In this document: piece after piece, positions 26,611 through 41,157 of the stretch
Layout of the letters: each line of letters begins with the position of its first letter
Position numbering within the stretch: position 1 is the first letter of the stretch
Assembly: GCA_964016885.1 (NCBI GenBank)
Contig: OZ024743.1
Span: 58,838,001-58,902,000, forward strand
DNA length: 64,000 bases
Source of the DNA: Eledone cirrhosa
Lineage: Eukaryota
Direction of reading: 5' to 3'
Position numbers and translations under genes: made by a program
The notes under the pieces: model-generated
The model's input: the letters and a program-made list of their open reading frames with translations, nothing else
Database searches by the model: none
What the model was told of the DNA's origin: nothing

Positions 26611-29600
26611 CCTTAGATAGAAAGATATATTTTTTGTTTTGCCAAATTTGAAGTATTCTTGTGCAGCTGTCTAATACGATTATAACAAGAAACAATATAA
26701 CTATATTTAAGCAGCTTGTTTTAATTACTTATAAGAGTTTAAGAAGGCGGTGCAATCGTTTGAACTTTGAATAACAGGCTTTAAAGTATGTTTTGCGTTT
26801 CTTTACTAGCTGACCTCCAATAACTATACTTTTCATCGTTCCGAGATCGGTAACATAAAATACTAGTAAAATTTGGGTGGTAGAATTGATATAATACCAA
26901 TCAAAATTACTGGTGTTTTCCCTGAATTAAAAGAAATATTATAAGCATATAACTTAGAAGAAAACTAAACAAATCATTTTTCACCGGTATTAGTAAGTAT
27001 AACCAGAAGATGAGTATTCAGTTTGTTCAAGCAAAAGTACACTCTGCTGATTACATCAATGTATAAGTAGCTGAGCGCGCGATAGACTGGTGGACCCTGA
27101 ATGTAATTCTCAAGCAGATTCAGCTTCATACATCTAGTGAAAAGGCTGTCCTTTTGAATCACAGTTACGGTCAATTCGAAGGCCTTCCAACAGTTTCTGT
27201 CAACATAATTTCACTCAAAATGCATAGGTCAACTTGAGGATACGGGGAAGGACACTTCTTCAAGATGCCATGCAATGGCATCGAACACTAGTCTTAATCA
27301 TTGCAAAGCGAACATTTTAGTATTTCGCCATTCTGCGTCGAATCGAATCGTACATCTGTTATACTAAACTAGCCTGTTTTATCATTATTCAAAAGCGTCT
27401 CTATTTACTATTTCTCGCCTTTATTGGAAGGGTTTGTTTTGCTAAAATCAGAGTCTCTGAAAATCAACACGGAATATTGCATATGAACGAATAAAAACTG
27501 TAGAAATAACAAAAGCATTATGCTAAAGATTGACAGAGAAAATAAAGAACATTTGAACGCTACATTACACAATCACAGACCTCAGTAGCTGGAAAATATA
27601 AAACTGCGTTACAAATCTATAGTTTGCCGAACATGACGTAGATCAAAAGATAACGTTTTTGTCAAAAGTGTGTGAGATCAACAAGGAACGACAACACCAT
27701 GTAATACAACACTAGTAATTCTTTTTGAGAAGATGCGAGCATTACTCTCGCATTCTTAGTCTCGGGCCATCCACGGTATATTCATCGATCTTTTTAAAAA
27801 ATGTAGTGGTGCGCATCAGTTCTCACTCCACCTACACATTACATTCCAAGAGGAATTTGAAAAAGTTGATGAGGGCTTGACCGAAGAGGAAAGTTTCTGT
27901 CTTCACTACTTCCAGTCACGAACGCCACGCAACGTCTGTCAACACAGCTGCCAGACAGAGGAAAACTCTGCCCACCTCGACTAAAAGAGCTAGCGAGGTG
28001 ATCTTCACGATGGAATCGGGCGATACTGGATTTGTCCCATACGAGATAATAGCAGCATTGGACGGATGCGAGCAACATGGTTTCATCTCTGCGCCCATCT
28101 CGCACAGCTCCGTCTGACAGTACTTTCGTACCTATAGAGTTTGTTATGAAGCAGTAGTGCCATCCGGTAGTATTGCCTGGCTAGGGATTTCTGAAAATGA
28201 TCTATAGTTCCTGTTCTGAAAGTTCTCCGTATCAGACTGGTTTGTGTGTTCTTATCAACGCCTGGATTTTCCTCGAGAACGTCGTCCCATCACTAGTTCC
28301 TTATTAAACGCTAATGTGGAATATCCACTTAACACATTGCTCGATTGGTAGTAGGCTGTGTACACTAGAAAATATTTCACAGACCAGAAGGACAGACTTT
28401 AGCCTTTGCTTGACCCAAGACTGCAGCTCACTCAAGGAAACGAATTATGTAAAGATGCGCCTGAAAAATGACGACCACAACAGTTTGCTGTTCAGGAATA
28501 ACTGTAGATGCGGGAGCCGTATCGCATGGTTGCGCTTCCCCAGACATGGTATACCTTAGTACCCGATATAAAGGGCGTTTCCAGAAAATGGACACCTGAA
28601 CATTGAAACCTATCCCTTTTGGAAGAAGTAGAAGAGCAGATGCTCTATCTTTGTAAAGCGCAAAAGGAAGCAAGGGGTGTTGGTAGTAGTTGGACCGCTT
28701 GGCAATTCGAAACTAACTATTCTACAAGAAGTGGTGAGCAAACGCTCAGGCCGGGTGAGGCGCAAACTGGAACAAATTCGACGACAAGGCAGTAATATAT
28801 GACGTTGGCAATGGATGTGTTCGTCCCTTATGCTCGACCTTTTAGTAGTAGATACACAAATAGATGGGGGAAAATGAGAATGATATTTCCTATAACATTA
28901 ATAACAATGTTCTGGTAATACTAATTAGTAGATAATGCTCCAGATAAAGTTACTTCCAGAAAACAAAAAGGATACGTGCGAGAGGTCTTTCTGGCCCGGG
29001 GAATAGATGAAGGAACCGTGAAGAATGAAAACATTTCCTTAGTACGTTAGGCAATACTTCTATATGGTCTCAAAACTAAAGTAGGTGGGATACATACTAG
29101 CCTATATCTGGTACATTGCGTGTTACATCTACAGGGCTGAAGGTTATAGAAGAGTGTCTCTGGTTTTTAAGACTCAGAAAAAGTGTTATGTAGTCTTAGC
29201 GTATTATATAACTGCTCAGAGAGACATTGTTAATAAGGTCGTTTGTCGATACTAGGCTCATCGTTAAACTTGAAATAATATAGTGTCAAATGGTGTTTCT
29301 ATTTTCTGATTTAGGCACAAGGTCAACAATTTTGGAGAAGGGAAATTGATGAAATCGACCTTGTGCGATACTGGTACTATATTTTATTTACCTCGTAATT
29401 ATAACAGGCATAGCTAACATCGGCGGGATTTGAAATCAGAATGTAAAGGGATGTAACTCTATGTCTGACACTACCGATACAACCAATCCACCGAGTCGGA
29501 TCTGTTTTCGATGATCAGCTGTTTCAAATGTACTGGAAACATTTCGAAAATTCATCGTTTTCATCACCTTGGTCCTCTATCCCCCTCATTGCCTTCCAAT

Positions 29601-29991
29601 AACAATTCCATTAAACTCACAGCAGTACTCCGTTCTTTATGAGAACCTTGTCTGAAGCAATTCTTCTGAAGTTGACTCCAGTGAATACGTTGGTTGGCCT
29701 TGACCATATTTGGTATGACATTTCCTCGATAAGATGTCTGCCTATTGTCTACATTTCACTCTTCACTATTTCCTTCTCCCCACAACAGTAACAGGATTTC
29801 AGAATTCACTCCCACCTATCAGTTTCCTTTACACAATGAGGGAAGATTAAGAAACTTGAAACAGTTTGATCAGTCTAGAAGCGTTATGGACAATTCTCGT
29901 GATCTTTCATTAACTTGTAATTTTAGTATTTTTAAAATGGAGAGAGAAAACTAGTATGGCTTTAAGAGTAAAAGAGGGCGCATATACTTAC

Positions 29992-30077
29992 CATTAGCAA
30001 TTTCATAAGGTATCACACCATCTGTCCAACGACATATTTCTGGTAGTATAGCAGCTCTTTTACGTCTACCTTCGGGT
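29992..30077 (-). CDS. Astacin-like gene, exon with furin site and mature N-terminus (PEGRRKR|AAILPEICRWTDGVIPYEIAN)
   Basis: RRKR-AA and W..GVIPY are typical of the astacin mature N-terminus; tag acceptor and gtaagt donor. Confidence 0.9.
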
Positions 30078-30559
30078 CTATAATGATAAGTATTAAATCA
30101 GTGTTAAAACCTATAATTAATGGTAAATATATTAAACAGAATAATAAAATCCTTGTTTGGAAGAATTATTAGTTATATTATAGCTTTGATCTACGTTTGA
30201 TAAGAAATCTAATTATTTGGAGAAGAAAGAGCCATATAATATTATGTTGGAGTTCCCTTTAGGGGTAAAACTCTATTTTCTAGCTTTTCCTGTTCTGAGG
30301 CAATAGACTGGCCCAGATACTCTGATTTTAAGAAGTCCAACATACTTTTTCAGGACATCCGTCTGTTCAGATGACGTGCGCCCCAGAAGATTGAACAAGG
30401 GAAAGCATACTCGTTCGTAAAATTATCATGCAAGTATGTTTGATTGTTCGTGTTTATATATATGTATGCATGCATATATGCATGCATCCATGTATGTATG
30501 TATGTATGTATGTATGTATGTATGTATGTATGTATGTATGTATGTATGTATGTATTTAT

Positions 30560-31160
30560 GTCAGGTCACCAGTTGGTGCTACTGGTAACATGTATCCCAG
30601 TACAACCTGTCTCATGGTCGGGTCATTGGCGACTAAACTGGCAACCCCACCAAGGTTTCTTGGTGAGGAAGGTGAATTTGGACATCCTGCAGGACTAAAA
30701 ACAAAACCTGTCAAAGGGCAAAGGAGCTCTTAAGAGTCAATGGCCATCCAAAATCACCGGCAGAGATGACCCCTTAGCTTTTGTCAAGGCAGAATTCTAG
30801 GAGAAGGAAAACTCTGATATAACACCTGCAACCCTGATGGCATCCAATGATGTTGACTTGTTCTTCTTTTTGGTAAATATCTTCTTGGTTAAGAGAGTGA
30901 GACTGGCTTTGTGCAGTGCCTTTGCTCACTATAAAAGCTTCACGGCACAGGCATTGCTTTATATCTGGAAATCTCTCTGCACTTGTCGTCACATGGGCTC
31001 AGCACTATGTGTCAATAATTGTCAAAGGTGTAGTGTTTGTACCAGAGTTTTCAAGTTGCTGGCTGGACTAAAAAGTCACACTCGTTCAGCCCATCGGTAG
31101 GGGTTCTCCTACATGGATATAAAGTAGTGGCCGTACGCGAAAACGAGTTGGCAGCCACCA
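30560..31160 (+). mobile_element. About 600-bp non-autonomous RTE-derived element with (TATG)n tail, copy 1
   Basis: Three near-identical copies. The 3' part encodes a relic C2H2 finger (CSVCTRVFKLLAGLKSHTRSAH) as in RTE C-termini. Flanked by (TATG)n. Confidence 0.8.
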
Positions 31161-31291
31161 TGTATGTATGTATGTATGTATGTATGTATGTATGTATGTA
31201 TGTATGTATGTATGTATGTATGTATGTATGTATGTATGTATGCATGTATGTATATATGTGTGTATGTACGTAGGTATGTATATATATATAT

Positions 31292-31897
31292 GTCAGGTCA
31301 CCAGTTGGTGCTACTGGTAACATGTGTCCCAGTACAACCTGTGTCATGGTCGGGTCGTTGGCGACTAAACTGGCAACCCCACCAATGTTTCTTGGTGAGG
31401 AGGGTGACTTTGGACATCCTGCAGGACTAAAATCAAAACCTGTCAAAGGGCAAATGAGCTCTAAATAGTCAATGGCCTTCCAAAATCACCGGGAGAGATG
31501 ACCCCTTAGCCTTTGTCAAGGCAGAATTCTAGGAGAAGCAAAACTCTGATATAACACCTGCAACCCTGATGGTATCCAATGATGTTGACTTGGTCTTCTT
31601 TTTGGTAAATATCATCTTGGTTAAGAGAGTGGGACTGGCTTTGTGCAGTGCCTTTGCTCACTATAAAAGCTTCACGGCACAGGCATTGCTTTGTATCTGG
31701 AGATCTCTCTGCACTTGTCGTCACATGGTACCATGGGCCCAACATTGTGTCAATAATTGTCACAAGTGAAGTGTTTGTACCAGAGTTTTCAAGTCGCTGG
31801 CTGGACTAAAAAGTCACACTCGTTCAGCGCATCGGTAGGGGTTCTCCTACATGGATATAAAGTAGTGGCCGTACTCGAAAACGAGTTGGCAGCCATC
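31292..31897 (+). mobile_element. About 600-bp non-autonomous RTE-derived element, copy 2 (tandem)
   Basis: Direct repeat of 30560-31160, separated from it by (TATG)n. Confidence 0.8.
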
Positions 31898-31929
<32 letters not shown>

Positions 31930-32888
31930 GTATGTGTGTATGTATGTACGTATGTATATCTGTGTGTATATATGTATGTATACATGGATATATTGATGTA
32001 TGTATGTGTGCGGGTGTGTGTTTGTGTATGTGCGTGTGTATTTGTGTGTGTGTGTTTGTGTGTTTGTTTGTCCAGACCTAGGTATGACAGAATTTGTCAC
32101 GATTACATGATTACGATTGCACCCTTACGCTTCCGCTATGAGTAAATGCCCAAGGATGGAAATACATTCTAGTTGACAATATTGTGATATAAGCTAGAAT
32201 AAAAAATATTTATTTAGAATGAAACACCTGGCCAAACATTACTAAATCCCCATCAAACTTTGATGTAAATTGTAAACAGTCATAGTGTTAAAAACAGTCG
32301 AACATCTTGAAGTGATATTCACCCTATTCATTAATCAGCCAACATCTCATGATTTACATGGTACCTACTGCTGGCGCTATTAATAAGCCACCCAGAGCGA
32401 AGAACATATATGACAGCAATCCTGAGCCTTAAAGAAACAGAATTTTATATAAATTTGTAGAATAAAATACAGTATATAATAGCTTCTTTCGAACAGTAAA
32501 TTAACGACTAAACATCTTGCAGCGTAGAATCCAAATGTGGAGTGTCGTATGTCATTATGATTTGTTACATGAATAGGCATGGCTGAGTGTGGACTGTGTG
32601 ATAGAAAATATTGTCTATGTAATTTCCTTTGTGTAGTCAGAGCAATACACTGATATTCGTTTTTTAATTTTTTTGAAGAAAATGACGCACACCGTAGAGG
32701 TTGCCTAGGGCACTGGATACCGAACCGCCAGGAGTAGGTATGCCATATCAATGTATAAGATTATTTTTACTAACACCAATAAATATGTTGTGTAATTTTT
32801 TCTAATATTTCTATTTCGTTTTAGAAACTTTTTTATTCAGAGAACAATTCCTTTCAACACATTTAAGAATCATTTAAATGTTACTTAC

Positions 32889-32934
32889 TGTTCCGTTTGA
32901 GGAATACCATTTCCAGTTACTTCTACGCTGGGAA
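32889..32934 (-). CDS. Astacin-like gene, 46-nt propeptide exon (VPSVEVTGNGIPQTEQ)
   Basis: ttttattcag acceptor and gtaagt donor; phase 1 to 2 fits both neighbours. Confidence 0.7.
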
Positions 32935-33447
32935 CTGAATAAAATAATAAGCATAGTCTATAATACATGAACTATCAAGAGTGGTAAAATATAATTTACT
33001 TGAACGGAATCAACGTTAAGATATTTCGGAGTCGTCCTTGTATGGTAAGTGACTGGATTCGAGACCGATATTTGAAAGTAAAATAATTGATCCGTGGAAG
33101 AGTGGTTTTAGCGAAAGATGGATATATTGTGGAAGAGACTTGATCTAGGACTATGTGTTGAAAGTAAAACAATTAAAGTGGGGAAATATTCATTTTAGCC
33201 CTTTAGAATACACACAAAACAGTTGGCATTGATTTCTTGTGAGTCGCATTATATTTTCGTCAAATTGTGTGGGCCGTTGTTACAGACAGTGCAACAAAAA
33301 TGTTGACACCAATAAAGACATGATAATTAAAGAATATAATTAACAGTATCTCTACTTTATAACGGGTTAAAGTGACTCTTCCTCCAGGTAAAAGTTAAGA
33401 TGCTGTAGTAAGAAGTCGTTAGTGTTCGGTAACTCTGATATACTCAC

Positions 33448-33481
33448 CTGTGTCAGTTACAACAACCGGTTCTTTAGTAAC
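33448..33481 (-). CDS. Astacin-like gene, 34-nt propeptide exon (VTKEPVVVTDT)
   Basis: tcttttcag acceptor and gtgagt donor; phase 0 to 1. Confidence 0.65.
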
Positions 33482-34775
33482 CTGAAAAGATGCAAAAGAG
33501 ACAATATCTAAGCTTTATGTTTGTAGGTGTGTGTATGTGAAGGCTTGTGCCTTTCTGGTTCGGGTTTTCAGCTCACAACTTTATTGTGTCATGAGTTCAA
33601 ATAGACGTATATGTCCTCAGTTAGTCTTCTAGATCTGGTTTAAGCGAACACCGACAGACAGCTCTTGATAATTGGAATGACGTGAAGCACTAACAATTCT
33701 TTGCCAATCGAGCAGTACGGTCGGGGGAAACGCCACTTTGGCTTTCTATAGGAGCATATTGGCAATTGAAAGGACCGCATGATCCTTATGCACGCCAGAA
33801 GAAGGCTGCTCTTTAACAGAATAATGCTGCTCTTTAACCAACACAAGCGGGCCATTCGACGTGCGCATCTGCTCGTATTATGGAACAGGCGTATGTGATT
33901 TGGGCAGTCTATGGGATATATATCCATCTGTGCGCTTCGGTATATAGACGCTCTTGCAATATCATTACAAATGGACACACACTATATAGATTCAACAATG
34001 AGATTATACAATCTTTCAAATCATTCGGCTTAAAATAGCTAAAGACAATAACCGTACCAGTGCATAATTCCTACATGTAACACTAGAGCTAAATAATAGC
34101 AGTGCAAACCACGTATAACTGACCAAACGAGGTCAGTATTAACTTAATGTTAAACTCCAAAATTATTATAACAATTAAGTCATCATTACCCAACCAAATC
34201 TTATGCTCATATAGGATCGGAAACGCATGTCCTCTGGTGGAGACATGCATGACAGAGGCCGTAGTCTACGAGACAAAGTAAATTTGATTAACCACCAATA
34301 TCATGAATATCATGAGGTACTTCATTGTTATCGAATGATAAGTTAAAGCATAATACAACAATCATTCGGCGTCGTTTCGACAATTTAAAGATTGAACACG
34401 CTTAATCTCTCCAGTCATATATGAAAGCTAAAACAAGACTGTACGGACTACAACATAGGGTGGGAGATACAGGAAAAAGGTTAACATTACATCACTCGTT
34501 GTAAGAATTGCAGGCTCTGCAACTAAGAGAAATGATTTATATGCAGAAATTCGCTGGTCCAAATCTCATGCATCAAATCTTGGCGTGAAATATATAAGCC
34601 ATTTCCACACAGCACTGATTATGAGAAGAGCGCTCAATAAGTATTATATATATATATATATATATATATAGACCAGAAATAGCCGTCGAAAGGGCTTGAT
34701 CTCTGCTGTTGGGCTCATACTTTTTCCTATATATATATATATATTGTGTGTCTACGCCATTTTTATTTTTATTTA

Positions 34776-34912
<137 letters not shown>

Positions 34913-35911
34913 TAATAAATTAAAACAAAAATGGCGTAGACACACAACACAATAGGAGGAGACATAGTACAACTAATGATGTTGCAGATATGCAACGAAA
35001 GAACTTTGATAGACTATATATATATATATTTATATCTGTATTTTTAACCACTGGCCAATCAATGATAAACATTGATTGCCAAATAAATTAACAATGGAGA
35101 TATGAATGATACAGAAGCGAAAACCAACCAAACAGTGAGTGTGTTCTGTTATTATTTCTCAGCGGACAGCAGAGGACACGTACCATTCCTCTCCGACAGA
35201 TAACTACCCCCGGAAACCCCCCTCCAAATTGATGGATGCTTATCAGAAATATAGGCACAATTAAATCTCTCCCAAGGTAACTCTATCTCGTGTTATTATT
35301 TTTATTTGTTACGCTCTTTCCTACGTTCTTCTACACAATATACATCTCATTCTACATTCCCTTACATCTCTCTCTTCACCACCGGATTTTGTTACCCGGA
35401 GATTTACCCATCTGCCTTGTTAAGGCTTCCAAATCGCCCCCAAAAAATAAATCTTATTATTCCACAATGCTTTAAGCAAACTTCAATACTCAATTAAATA
35501 ATCAATTATTCAGAGCATAATAAATTTCCGAGTGGGAAAACAAATAAGATAATAAAGTTACCTAATTTACTTCTAGGTCCCTATTGCAGTTTTTCTGTGT
35601 AAGAAGCACCTCAGGTATTCCAATAATTTAAGTTATCATTCTGTGTGAGATATCTCAACTCATCAAGGGATTTCTCAATCCAAGAAAAAATGTTTCAAGT
35701 GATCGTTACCAGGGATAATTTCGAGTGGAAATGTATCACATGGTAGGTGGTCAACAAAAAGGGTAGCAAAATGTGGACTATTGGCGATTAACGTGATTAC
35801 TAGAAAAATCAGTCCATCTCAGTCTAATTTTTCCTCAACTGTAAAGGATTATACAACAAAATTATTGTAGATACATACATATGTATATATATATATATAT
35901 ATAGTGAAATA

Positions 35912-36098
35912 ATTGTTTCTACTTTAGGCACAAGGCCAGCAATTACCCAGTACATTACTGGTACTTTATTTTATCGACCCCGTAAGGATGAAAGGCAAAG
36001 TCAACCTCGGCGGGATTTGAACTCAGATCGTAAAGGGACGTAACTATGCTGGAAAGCATGGCGTCCGACCCTCTACTGATACTGCCAATCCACTGCCC
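35912..36098 (-). mobile_element. Full-length tRNA-derived SINE with apparent target-site duplication
   Basis: Family consensus-like; flanked on both sides by tatatatagtgaaataat. Confidence 0.88.
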
Positions 36099-36785
36099 TA
36101 TATATAGTGAAATAATGAAGAATAACATGGTCGGCTCTACAACCGACCATGATATTCTTCAATCTTTCACTATTATAACTCATAGTATAACCTGCATAGG
36201 AATTCTCGCGAACTGACTACCTAACTATGGAAATATCTTGTTGAGTCAAACAAAGCCGTACGTTAAAACTATCCACAATACGGAGTACTCCCAACGTCTA
36301 ACTCGATTACCTATAACCATAACTTGTTAGCCTATATATATATATATATATATGTATAGTCATACATATAAAGGTGTCGTTCAGTTAACAGTTTTGCTCA
36401 ATGAGAGAATTAATTAAATAATACAATAGTAAGAGCATTATAAATTTATAAGTTGGAAAAGCTAATAGGATATGAAAAAAGATTCCTTGGCTATATGAGT
36501 GTTTGTGCACACGTGTACGAGCGAGAGAATCTGTGTTAACGTGTGTTCTGATATATACATATATGTATGTATATGGACGCGCATATCTTTATATATGCGT
36601 ATTCATATTTTCATGCGCCACGTGTGCGGCTGCATGTACATGTTTCGCAAAGAATCGTTTTTCATAAGGAGCTATAGCCGCCGATGGAGCTCTAGCTGCC
36701 GATGACAATCTTTTAATTTTGACTGAAAAAAAGAAGCGGCAATAATATCTGCTCTCTTAGGGAATCTTCGAGTAATATATATATG

Positions 36786-36876
<91 letters not shown>

Positions 36877-36925
36877 GTACACACATCCGCGCGAGCAAAC
36901 ATACACATACACACACATACATACG

Positions 36926-36976
<51 letters not shown>

Positions 36977-37559
36977 ACACACACACACATACCCCCCCCC
37001 CCCCCACACATATATATAATAAATAAATAAAAACACTCGAAAGACTCAGATTACATTTATAGTATTCAGCCATGTAGAGTGATATTACTTTTTTTTATAA
37101 TTGAATAGGGCAAAGCCCACCATTAATTGCTCGTATACAGGAAACTGACCAGCCTGTCTGCTAATATGTAAATCAAGCTGATCAGTGGATCTGCTAATAT
37201 GCAGATCTGACTGATCAGCCTGTCCGCTATTATGCAAAGTAGGCTGATCAGTCCCTGTATATTTTAGAAAATATATATTTTCACTAGTACTGACAGTTGG
37301 CAGGTGAACAGTGAACTGCACTGATGAAGGGTGATACACTGAAACATTAGTGTCTGCAGGTCTGTTTATTGTCAACACAAAAGCAACAGTGAGGGGCTTA
37401 TTCTACTGGCATGGCTTTAAAAAATAAAAATGATACTTTTGCATAATTGCAAACGAATCGAATATTATTATTAATATTCGACAAACTCAGATTACACACA
37501 CACACACATATATATATATGTATATATATTACTCTGGTCACTTCCAACCGACCAATTCA

Positions 37560-37910
37560 ACAACAAGAGGTTAAATCCTATGTAGGTATGGTGGAGTGCC
37601 AGTTTAATGAACACTTCCTGAACCATCAGTCGACCTTTAGATATCCGGACAAACAATACTCAACGAAACTCGCATGCCATGTATGGTTCCTTAAAGACTC
37701 AGGCATGACTACTCCATCCAATGGAAAGATATCACTAAATTCAAGCCATACGCAAGGGGAAATACGTCTTGTGGACTGTGTATTGAAGAAAGGGACAATA
37801 TCCTGAGATGTCACGCAATAACGATTGCCTAAATTCAAGGAATGATCTTTTTTCACATTGTCCACACGTCAGAAAACACCTATTACACAACTACAAAGCT
37901 GCAGATTGAA
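37560..37910 (+). mobile_element. Penelope-like GIY-YIG fragment
   Basis: KSYVGM.ECQFNEHFLNHQSTFR...STKLACHVW.LK followed by CGLC..E in a shifted frame. Confidence 0.75.
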
Positions 37911-38153
37911 TAATATCAACGATCCAATATTCTGAACATATCGAACAATTTAGTCCAGATATCCAGGGTTATCTCCCATACATCGATCGACCGTGGGATA
38001 CCTTGTTCAGGAGAAGTGATCGTTTCTGCTCATGAGGATTCGTACGTTTGATTTTCCTTTTCCGTACAACATCATTCAGACCGAGCTGAAGATCCGCATA
38101 AGGTGAAAAGGTTGTTCTCGGCATGGTGAACTAACTGTTGTGGAACTACATCT

Positions 38154-38260
<107 letters not shown>

Positions 38261-38479
38261 TATGGATATGTATAAAACAAAGACGGTGTGGTAAGATACC
38301 AGGTGGACCATAGCGCACCAGAGTACTCACTACTTAGGGTAGTAGAGTGGGCCTTAAGAAAAGAGTGAGGACTCCGACGGCTGAGCACCGGTCGTGTTGA
38401 CAGCTAGATCCGAAGAGCTAGAGTTCGGATCTACTGTCGAAAAGGCCGGAGCCCAGCCGTCGGGGTCCTAACTCTTTTG

Positions 38480-38529
<50 letters not shown>

Positions 38530-38532
<3 letters not shown>

Positions 38533-38880
38533 CTTGGCATAACTGGACAAGTAGGTGAGTGGCTGTATGATGTATTACAAGACAGAAGGCAGACAGTTGC
38601 AGCCAATGGGGCCCTATCAAAGGAAACATCAATAACAAGTGATGTTCCCCAGGGCACAGTCTTTTGATCGCTACTGTTTTATATGACTCTCTCAGACATG
38701 TTCTCTGTAGTACATACAACAGCCCGCACTAGTTATGCTGATGACACAAATGAAGCACAGGCGATCAAGTATCCGGCTGATGCTGCCCTTTTACAAGATC
38801 TGAATGTCATATACAAATAGCCTGAGGACAACACATGCAGTTTAATACTGGAACATTTTAAGTCCTACAATACCAACCTG
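38530..38880 (+). mobile_element. CR1/L2-type LINE reverse-transcriptase fragment
   Basis: LGITGQVGEWLYDVLQDRRQTVAANG...SDVPQGTV and SYADDT. Confidence 0.75.
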
Positions 38881-39427
38881 CAAACACAAATACGGACCCT
38901 AGGTCAGATAAAGTTAACATTTTCTTAGCCCATTGCACTTCAGGAAATATAAGTAATGTATGTGTAAAGTTTGAAAAAAGTCGGTTGGGTAGTTCTCGAG
39001 TTTCAGGGATTTACACAGACAGGCAGACATCCTCTATTTTATATATATATACGTCCAACTCCTGCTAGCAGGGAAAGTGGACATTTAAAACAACAACCTG
39101 CAAAATTTTAAGTAGACTTTAGTCTATTTCCCTGCCAGTATTGATTGAATGTGTTTTCACTGATGAAAGATTAACTAATATTGAAACAACACTGCCTGGC
39201 ATCCTTGCGTGGACTGGCAACTCTGTTATATATTATTACAGGAAAATAGAGACAAATAAATTGCTTTGTTACGAAAAAATAATTTTCTTTGATAGCAAGT
39301 CTACTAAAATGAACATGTTTTCATCTGCACCCCTATAATGCTTAAAAACGTAAGATAGAAATCTGATTTTATTTTATTGCTCTCTCTCTCGCTCGTTTTC
39401 TTGTTCTATCTCTCCTCTCTCTCTTAC

Positions 39428-39589
39428 TTGCTGTCTCTCTCTCCCACTTCTACTCAATGAATTGCTATACAAGGTTCTCTTATTCGATTGTTTACATTCA
39501 ACTACTCCCAGTATGTGAGTGGCCAGAAGTAAATAAAAGTTTGAGAAACTTGTTGAAATTATAAAACGAATGAAATGGTAAAAATGCAT
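39428..39589 (-). CDS. Astacin-like gene, candidate first coding exon (signal-peptide-like region plus start of propeptide)
   Basis: MHFYHFIRFIISTSFSNFYLLLATHILGVVEC|KQSNKRTLYSNSLSRSGRERQQ followed by a GTAAGA donor at phase 0, matching the next exon. There is a hydrophobic stretch ending VEC. The start codon is uncertain. Confidence 0.55.
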
Positions 39590-40105
39590 TACATAATGGA
39601 GTTGTGAAACAAAAACTATATTTTATACGACACTTAAAACATTTTAAACATCAAAATATTAAAACTTCATAAATATATTTTATACTCATGAGTATTTCAA
39701 AACCACACAATCTAAACATGTGTTGATTAGCTACCTCAGCTTATAAACGGGTTTTCGATATTTGCCGTTTTCTCAAGCATAAAATAGGAGTTTAGATTAT
39801 ATTTAGTTCAGTTGATATTTGAGTATACATGGTAATGTAACTGTTAGTCTAATTTAGGGAAAAGAGAAACAAATAGAGAGGATAACAAAATATTATCAAA
39901 TTCTGGCTATCACTACATATGATTACCATATTGCTCTAGATTCAGAAACCCTAGAAAAAAGAAAAAGTTGTACCATTATATTAATGACTTTCTGTTTCTA
40001 TTTCAAATGACATAAACTCATTAAGCTCGAAATTATATATACATATATATACACACACACACACACTCAGACACATACACACACAAACACACACACACAC
40101 ACACG

Positions 40106-40203
<98 letters not shown>

Positions 40204-40419
40204 AAGAAATTAAAAGATGGTTTAAAAAGTTCCGTATATTTTATTATGCGCATTTCGAAAACAACATCATGCTGGGACAAAAATTGTGTTCTCATCAAAT
40301 AAAATAAGGTAACATGATATGAGGCCTAAAAACACTTGTCAACAGAAAAGTTCAAAGTCTACATATGACAGAAATATAAGAGTAAGAAAAAGATAGGAAA
40401 ATAGAAGGAATGGAAAGAA

Positions 40420-40490
<71 letters not shown>

Positions 40491-41104
40491 AGAGAGAGAG
40501 TCTTTCGATCAGGAACGCTGTCAAACTGAAACAGGCTGTAACCAACGGCTAAAAAGTAAATTGATGTGGTTATGTACGAATATTATAGATGGTATTCAAA
40601 TATTCGAGGTCTAAAATATAGAAACTGCGTATATTGTTTTATATTGGGCTTAAATACTAAAAATTGGATTAAAAAGTGTAAAATTGTATTAATAAAAAAA
40701 AAAAAAAATTAAATTAAAATAAGTATAAAAAAGATTTTTATAAAATAAATTAAATTAAAAAATAAAAATAGTCTATCTATGTCAAAATAAAAAAAATTTC
40801 TATTAAAAATCTATATATGAGGGGTGTAATATTTATATTTTATATCAACAAGTAAATAAAGGAAATTGCTAGAATGATTTATAAACGTAGAAAAACATAT
40901 GATGTCATAATTTGTTTACAAAATCTACGAAGGTTTGAACGAAAATCTAAGGCTATAGAAAAATGGTCAAAGGTTTAATATATGCTGAGAAAACTAAATT
41001 AATACATTGTAGAATATATTGAAATATGTGCAAAAAATTAACCCAAAAAATTAACCGTAATTCGTGGAATATGTTATAGGACATTAGCTATATACTTTGT
41101 GAAA

Positions 41105-41157
<53 letters not shown>

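Noticed and set aside
27700-28850. GC-richer block, possibly an old LINE
   Set aside because: I could not read any diagnostic motif, so it is left unannotated.
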